This document shows positions 58,006-64,000 of a DNA stretch of 64,000 nt, piece after piece. The stretch is from positions 1-64,000 of the IMG/VR virus record IMGVR_UViG_3300033146_005439. One strand, written 5' to 3'. The notes under the pieces are model-generated. The model was given only the letters and a program-made list of their open reading frames with translations. It had not been told where the DNA came from and did not search any database. The DNA is from a virus. Every line of letters starts with the position of its first letter. Within the stretch, counting starts at the first letter, position 1. Both the position numbers and the translations under genes were made by a program.

Positions 58006-60584
58006 CAACTTAAACGTTTCATTATAGGTCTAAATTCGACATCAACTTTAGTGTTATCTAAAACAAAAATACATTGGTCTGGATCTATACCATCATATTT
58101 TGAAAAAATATTAAAAGTCAAATAAGTTAATCTTGTAGGAATAACATCAGCACAAATAGGTAGTAATATAGAATCGGTATCTAAAATTGGTTGTTCTGAA
58201 ATTTTTGTATAAAAAACCCAACTTTTCTTCAATTTATTACCTTTAACAGAATTATCAAAAACTTCTACATAAACAGATACTTTATCTGAAAAATTATAAC
58301 TATGTAAATCACTATAAATAGTATAACCACCAGAAATAGTAGTATAACTATAGTTACTAAACCTATTGTTAATCTTTAAAATTAAAGTATCTAAATTAAT
58401 ACCTGTTCCTTTATCTATAATATCAAAAGTTATACTGTTTTCAATTAAAGCATAGGTACTATTAGGTAAAGGTTCTATATTACATATATATGGCAATATA
58501 TAATCTTCTATCAAACTAAACCAATAATCTAACCTAAATAAATTAGGCTCAGGTGCAGTATCATACACTTCTAAATAAACATACACTAAAGCATTATAGT
58601 GGTACTTATTAGGATTTTTAAAAGAAATCTCTAAACCTTTTAAACCTACACCAACATTAAATTCAGTCACTTTAAAAAAAGAAGATTCTTCTAATAAAAT
58701 ATAACCTGTGTCACCAATATAAGAAACTTCTCTTACTTTAAAAATTAAAGAAGTTTTATCTAAACTATAACCATAAGGACTTAGTCGTAACCATATTTCA
58801 GAATTAAGTGCATTACCATCAGAATAAGGTACAGGCTTAATAGCTTGTATAAAACTAAACTGTGCTATTGTAGAAGTTACTTCATTTGACCCTATAGGTA
58901 AATGCCTACTTAAATAGTTATAAAAAAGAGAAGTATCATCACTAAACTCACTTAAAAAATTTATAGGGCTGGTATGTACTGAATCACTTAACATAGTACA
59001 AAAAATAGCACTGCTTTTTTCAGTTAATTGTAAACAAAATACATTTGATTTAAATAAATAATCTAAATAAAGAAGATTTAAATAAGAAATATACTCTTTA
59101 TAGTAATTAACTTTAAAATAACCAAAAAAATCTAAAGGTTTAAATGTAATAATCTCATAACCATGCGGAGAACTTTCAGCACCTGCTATAAAACTAGGTT
59201 GTAATTTAATAGAAAAAGTACCTTTAACTAAATCTGTACCTAAATTAATATTACCACCATCAGTTGAAGCATAAAAAGTAACAACTTGATCATAAATCAC
59301 ATCTTTAGTGGTATCATACCAACCACTGGTATAATTTATAAGGCACCAACCATCTATATCTGTTAAAACCTTACCATCAGGATCAGAAAAGGTACCACCT
59401 TGATCTCCTGTTCTTGAAAAAGTTACTTCTTTATTAGAAACACCTACATTATATTGATCTAAAACCAGAGCTTTTAAAGTAATTGTAGTATTATTACACA
59501 TAAAACTCGGACCATCCACATAAAGGGTGATGGTATTAACATATGGTAACATAGTATCACTTATAATATTATAATAAGACCAAGGCTTAATACCTAAAGA
59601 ACCGTCTATTTCACTTCTAGCCATATAGTACTTTTGTAATCTTACTACTTCATCTTTATACAAAGCTATATCATCAATAACTAAATAATTACCATAAGCA
59701 TCCACAGTATTCAAAATATAAGATCTTTGTACCTCTTTTTTAATTAAATCATAATACAATAATTGACTTTTTTTTACTATACATAAAAAACTTATATAGT
59801 AAGAACTAAAACTTAAAGCCTCCACATCTTTAAATAAACCTGACTTAAAAAAGGTAAGCACAGCACCAGAAGATTTATCTAATTTATATAAAATACCTTT
59901 ATCTTTATTTAACTCATTATATTCTGCACTTTGTAAATATAAATCATTAAAAATAACAACAGAATCATTTATATTATAATAATTAAAAGGAGCTTGCTTA
60001 TTTTTTAAATATACTAAAGTACCTGAAACAGAAGAAACTTCTACTTTTTCCAAAGCATTTAAATTATTAACATTAGAACTTAAACCTAAGTATAAATAAC
60101 TAGTAGAAGTTATATTAGAAGTATCCGCTATATTTATATAACCTGTACCAGAAACTGTAGAACTACTTAAATGTGTATAATATACTTCAGGTGTAAAAGA
60201 TTGAGTATTAAAAATATAAGAAGAATCACTATAAGATTTAACTAATGAATAATACTTTACTAAAGTACTAGTACTAACTTCTAGTTGCCAAAAAGTCACT
60301 TCTGTATAATAACCAGAAATTGTAGTATAAAGATACTGACTAGTAAGAAACAACATATTATCGACATATACAGTAGTATCTCTAGGCCCAATGTAGTCTA
60401 ACGATATAAAAGTAGTATGTTGTTTAAAATTAGTATTAAAAGAAAAACTATCAATTAAAGTACCACTAGTATTTTTTATATATAAAAAAGAATCTATATT
60501 AGACGTATCAATACTACCATAAGTTCCTAAAATAGGCGTAATACAAAAATTAGAATTATTAAACCTAACATTCTCTTGTACCAT
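58005..60584 (-). CDS. putative virion protein with Big_1 Ig-like domain (paralogue 3)
   Basis: LKALVLDQYNVGVSNKEVTF...TDIDG is Big_1-like; shares blocks with the two upstream genes. Confidence 0.6.
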   Translation of the reverse strand: MVQENVRFNNSNFCITPILGTYGSIDTSNIDSFLYIKNTSGTLIDSFSFNTNFKQHTTFISLDYIGPRDTTVYVDNMLFLTSQYLYTTISGYYTEVTFWQLEVSTSTLVKYYSLVKSYSDSSYIFNTQSFTPEVYYTHLSSSTVSGTGYINIADTSNITSTSYLYLGLSSNVNNLNALEKVEVSSVSGTLVYLKNKQAPFNYYNINDSVVIFNDLYLQSAEYNELNKDKGILYKLDKSSGAVLTFFKSGLFKDVEALSFSSYYISFLCIVKKSQLLYYDLIKKEVQRSYILNTVDAYGNYLVIDDIALYKDEVVRLQKYYMARSEIDGSLGIKPWSYYNIISDTMLPYVNTITLYVDGPSFMCNNTTITLKALVLDQYNVGVSNKEVTFSRTGDQGGTFSDPDGKVLTDIDGWCLINYTSGWYDTTKDVIYDQVVTFYASTDGGNINLGTDLVKGTFSIKLQPSFIAGAESSPHGYEIITFKPLDFFGYFKVNYYKEYISYLNLLYLDYLFKSNVFCLQLTEKSSAIFCTMLSDSVHTSPINFLSEFSDDTSLFYNYLSRHLPIGSNEVTSTIAQFSFIQAIKPVPYSDGNALNSEIWLRLSPYGYSLDKTSLIFKVREVSYIGDTGYILLEESSFFKVTEFNVGVGLKGLEISFKNPNKYHYNALVYVYLEVYDTAPEPNLFRLDYWFSLIEDYILPYICNIEPLPNSTYALIENSITFDIIDKGTGINLDTLILKINNRFSNYSYTTISGGYTIYSDLHSYNFSDKVSVYVEVFDNSVKGNKLKKSWVFYTKISEQPILDTDSILLPICADVIPTRLTYLTFNIFSKYDGIDPDQCIFVLDNTKVDVEFRPIMKRLS

Positions 60585-60588
60585 TTAA

Positions 60589-62409
60589 TTATACCACCTT
60601 AGCCTTAATTAATACTATCCTATCTTCGATACCAGAAGTATAAGCAGTTTGTGCTTTTCCAGAATAATCAAAATAACTTGTAAATACTACAGAACTAGTA
60701 ACATACCCTATGGTATCATCATCGGATACTAAAACTTTCTGACCTATCATACCATCTGTATATTGATCCTTTATTACTATATCTATAGTAGAATAATTAT
60801 GAGTAGTAGCAGGAAGAACAGTAGGATACACATGCATAGATATAAAATCCTGATAAGGTCGTAAAGGAGTTATTTGATAATTAAAATATTTTCCAAAGTC
60901 ATAAGTTGTCCCATAAAAAGTAGCTTTATTTTGTAATCTATATATGTTATCATCAAAAACAGCTAAAGCTTTTACAGGTATTATAGTGTTTCCTATAGTC
61001 TCTAAATTGTCTAAAGTAATACTACCATAATAATTAACGTTATCTAAATTTTTTGTTACTACTCCTGAAATAGCTGTAACATAATCTATATATGTAGCAT
61101 TAATAGAACATACATTAGCTTCCACCAATAACTCCATAGATAAAGCATAATCATTTAAAGAAATCTCAATAAAATTAGAATCTTCTAAAGAAGTAACTTT
61201 CAAAAAAGCATTATTTTGAAAACGTTCAATATTAAAAACATATGACACACCTGATAAAGAACTAAAATAATATATTTGATCATCTATTAAAGTATAAGGT
61301 CTTCCTCCTACAGAATAAGTATCTTCATTTATTATATAACCAAATTCATAATTCTTATGTTCATACACTTCAGAAAGTTTTATACAAAACTTATAAAAAG
61401 AAATTCCAGAACAATTAACATAATTAGGTGTTGAAACTTTAACTTCGAAATTAATGTTTTCTAATAAGTAATAATTAGACCTTAAAGAACTTAAACCTGT
61501 AATAGGTGTTTGTAATATTAAATTAGAACCATCCATATAATAAGATCCTGAAACTAAGGACCATTTATCTAAATCTAAAGTTAAAGCATTAAAATTATCA
61601 GAAAAAGTTGTAGCAGCAGAGTAACCTAATAAATAATCCATTGATAATAAATTTAAAATATTACCTTTTACATATAAAGTTGTATGAATATCTTTATAAA
61701 AATTTAATTTGTCCACTATATGAGTAAACATAGCAGCACTTACATTCTTATATTGATCAGAAACACTAGTTAAAAGCAAAGAACCATTCATACTAGAATA
61801 TCTAGATAAAGTACCATTATTATAATTACTAAATATAAAAAAACTACTTATAATAACAACAGAATCACCTTTTTTATAATTATAACTTAAAGTATTATCA
61901 AAAAATAAAGTGTCATCGACTACTTTAACAACACATAAAGTATCAAAAAAGCCTTCCTTATTAAAACCTAATATCACAAAATTATTTGTAAAAATACACT
62001 TATCAAAATAAGCATCTACTTTTATAAAATTATCTGATATAAAACAGTCTTCCGATAAAGTAGTTACATAACTTTCTACAAAAAAAGCTGAAGAATCTTC
62101 TACAAAAGGTTGATCTATTAAAAAAAATTTATCCAGACTAACTATTCCTTGATTTCTATATAAATGTAATCTTATAACATAAAAATAAGTAGTTTGTTTT
62201 TCCTTAACTAAACACCAAAAACCTATACCATCATATACTAAATGATATAAGTCATATAAATATAAATTAAAATCAATAGTAAAAGTATAAACTTTCTTAC
62301 CATTCGAAGTTATAGCATATAATAAACAGGCCTTATTATCAATATAATAAAAATATATTCCATCAAAAGCCATATGAGAATAGGGGACATTTAAATTAGA
62401 AAAATCCAT
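60589..62409 (-). CDS. putative virion protein with Big_1 Ig-like domain (paralogue 2)
   Basis: PTVLPA...STIDIVIKDQY...GKAQTAYTSG. Confidence 0.6.
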   Translation of the reverse strand: MDFSNLNVPYSHMAFDGIYFYYIDNKACLLYAITSNGKKVYTFTIDFNLYLYDLYHLVYDGIGFWCLVKEKQTTYFYVIRLHLYRNQGIVSLDKFFLIDQPFVEDSSAFFVESYVTTLSEDCFISDNFIKVDAYFDKCIFTNNFVILGFNKEGFFDTLCVVKVVDDTLFFDNTLSYNYKKGDSVVIISSFFIFSNYNNGTLSRYSSMNGSLLLTSVSDQYKNVSAAMFTHIVDKLNFYKDIHTTLYVKGNILNLLSMDYLLGYSAATTFSDNFNALTLDLDKWSLVSGSYYMDGSNLILQTPITGLSSLRSNYYLLENINFEVKVSTPNYVNCSGISFYKFCIKLSEVYEHKNYEFGYIINEDTYSVGGRPYTLIDDQIYYFSSLSGVSYVFNIERFQNNAFLKVTSLEDSNFIEISLNDYALSMELLVEANVCSINATYIDYVTAISGVVTKNLDNVNYYGSITLDNLETIGNTIIPVKALAVFDDNIYRLQNKATFYGTTYDFGKYFNYQITPLRPYQDFISMHVYPTVLPATTHNYSTIDIVIKDQYTDGMIGQKVLVSDDDTIGYVTSSVVFTSYFDYSGKAQTAYTSGIEDRIVLIKAKVV

Positions 62410-62417
62410 TAAAACTA

Positions 62418-64000
62418 TTAAGTCTGAGGTGCACGAGCAGTAACTAAACCTTTACCATATTGTGTTCCAGCAGTTAATTCTGTAACAGCTTTACCATTTT
62501 CATCAGTATTAACATAAGAAGGACCAGAGATATCTCCTAAATTAGCATCAAAACTAACACGACGTCCTACTATAGGCTGTAAGTATTGATCTGTTACATA
62601 AGCTGTAATTATACTTTTACTATAACTATCTGCGGGTAACACTGCCGGTGAAGCAGTTAATGCTATAGCTGCTATAAAAGATTTCATAGGACTTAATATA
62701 TAACCATGTCCAGTAGTTAATATATAAATATTTCCTGAATCAACGCTTAAATCTTTAATCCTTGAAAAATCAATATCATTATCTACTATTTCTGACACAT
62801 AAGCTGAACCATAATAAGGTAAATCATTGGTAAAACTTTTTATATATACTCTACCTCGTGTAAAAATAAAATTGTCATAGATTAAATCTAAAGAACTAGT
62901 ACTATCTGTTTTAACACTAAGAATAAATTGTGCTTCTGTATCATACATATCTACTGTATATAAAGTAGTTTCAGAACTTACTATACCTGATTCTACAGTT
63001 TTATAAAAAAAGCTTACTTTTGTATCATCTAAGCCCTGATTCCTACGCATACCTAATATATAATTAGTAGCGTTAGTACTAATGCCTGAAGCTACAGTGT
63101 CTGTTTCTTTTCTATAAACCACTGAAAAATTACTAAAAGTATTACTACCAAATTCTGTACTATAACCCCTAGAAATAATACAATATCTATTAGATTCCTG
63201 AGGAAAAAGTAAACCTAAAGACTGTTGATAATATTCACCTGAAGAAATATTACTATCAATAATAGAACCACTCACAGTAACTTCAAAATAATCATCAGTA
63301 TAATACTTAGAAATAATAGTATTATTAGTTTCAGAAGTAGAATAAGACCTTAAAGTATTATTATTTATAGTCAAAGAACCACTTAAAGTAACCCATTTAT
63401 TTGAATCAGGTAAACTACCATTAGTACCTGTAAACTCATCATCATATGTAGACCCTTCAACATAAGTTTTATTAATAGTACTAACATCTAAAAAAAGTAT
63501 AGAAGGCCCTTTTAAATATAATAAAGCATCTACTTCTCCGACATCTTTAAATATATCAATGGTTGTAAATGTAGCAGCTTTTACATCTTTATATACACCA
63601 CTACCATATTTTTCTTTAAAAAAACCTGAATGAGAGTCGAACTTATATAAAGCTCCTGAAGTTTCATCTGAACCATTATAATTATTAAACATAAATAAAT
63701 GTTTATGAAATAATATTGAAGTGTTTTGTGCATAATCATGTTGTAAAGAAGAAGTTAAACGTACTCCTCCATATAAAACACTATCCACAACCACTTCTTC
63801 TGATTTACCTAAAGCATTAGGCCCTATAAATAAAGTTGCTCCTTCTATTAAAAAAATATTATTGTAATATTTATTTAAATATAATACGGTATCTCCTTGA
63901 GAAGCATTCTTACTTAAAGTTGTATGATAATGTTCCACAGTAAACGCATCAGCATTATATTTATGAGAACTATTTGCTTCAAAATTAAATGTTTGCTTTA
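62418..64000 (-). CDS. putative virion protein with Big_1 Ig-like domain (paralogue 1; 5' end outside window)
   Basis: Frame stays open upstream of 63938 to the edge (KQTFNFEANSSHKYNADAFTVEHY). C-terminal LTASPAVLPAD...TAYVTDQY...TDENGKAVTELTAG is Big_1-like. Confidence 0.65.
   Translation of the reverse strand, partial: KQTFNFEANSSHKYNADAFTVEHYHTTLSKNASQGDTVLYLNKYYNNIFLIEGATLFIGPNALGKSEEVVVDSVLYGGVRLTSSLQHDYAQNTSILFHKHLFMFNNYNGSDETSGALYKFDSHSGFFKEKYGSGVYKDVKAATFTTIDIFKDVGEVDALLYLKGPSILFLDVSTINKTYVEGSTYDDEFTGTNGSLPDSNKWVTLSGSLTINNNTLRSYSTSETNNTIISKYYTDDYFEVTVSGSIIDSNISSGEYYQQSLGLLFPQESNRYCIISRGYSTEFGSNTFSNFSVVYRKETDTVASGISTNATNYILGMRRNQGLDDTKVSFFYKTVESGIVSSETTLYTVDMYDTEAQFILSVKTDSTSSLDLIYDNFIFTRGRVYIKSFTNDLPYYGSAYVSEIVDNDIDFSRIKDLSVDSGNIYILTTGHGYILSPMKSFIAAIALTASPAVLPADSYSKSIITAYVTDQYLQPIVGRRVSFDANLGDISGPSYVNTDENGKAVTELTAGTQYGKGLVTARAPQT

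Noticed and set aside
1-64000. Stop-codon reassignment, as seen in some large phages
   Set aside because: Conserved genes are intact in the standard code, coding density is high, and TAA, TAG and TGA all end genes.
1-64000. Reduced bacterial chromosome (dnaK, dnaJ, recA, dnaN, dnaX, dnaB, dnaG)
   Set aside because: The genes are divergent, lack bacterial operon context (no grpE, dnaA, gyrB or ribosomal genes) and are interleaved with phage-type hypotheticals and giant virion-like proteins.

Overview
Very AT-rich, densely coding 64-kb segment that reads as part of a large (jumbo-type) tailed-phage genome using the standard genetic code. Evidence for a phage: giant virion-type proteins, a scattered selection of bacterial-like replication, chaperone and nucleotide genes, and no ribosomal or housekeeping operons. 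Nearly all genes are on the minus strand. Layout: dnaK (truncated by the window edge) at 1-1356; an inverted three-gene adhesin/tail-fibre-like cassette at 1675-5067; a long minus-strand replication and metabolism block at 5064-38041; and a block of very large putative virion proteins at 38121-64000. The replication block contains RNase HII, a radical SAM protein, PurZ, a PyrF-like protein, YqeY, HNH, class II RNR, dUTPase, an intein-containing family A polymerase, DnaX, a glycosyl/methyl/sulfo/phosphoribosyl-transferase cluster, a ThyX-like protein, a Cas4/RecB-like nuclease, RuvC, DnaJ, SSB, DnaG, DnaB, RecA and a beta-clamp. Highlights: (1) a PurZ with diagnostic GSTGKG and FLNFCNYL motifs, suggesting 2-aminoadenine (Z) synthesis, in an unusual context (PyrF-like and radical SAM neighbours; no recognisable DatZ or MazZ in the window); (2) a PolA with a QTTLF clamp-binding-like motif at the thumb tip, next to phage-encoded DnaN and DnaX; (3) a glycan-tailoring cluster plus a recurrent T-x-S-G motif in virion proteins, a candidate virion O-glycosylation system; (4) a GC-rich structured intergenic element; (5) a 14-bp motif shared upstream of two structural genes; (6) a roughly 20-residue in-frame deletion in DnaK. 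All family calls come from motif recognition by eye; no searches were run.
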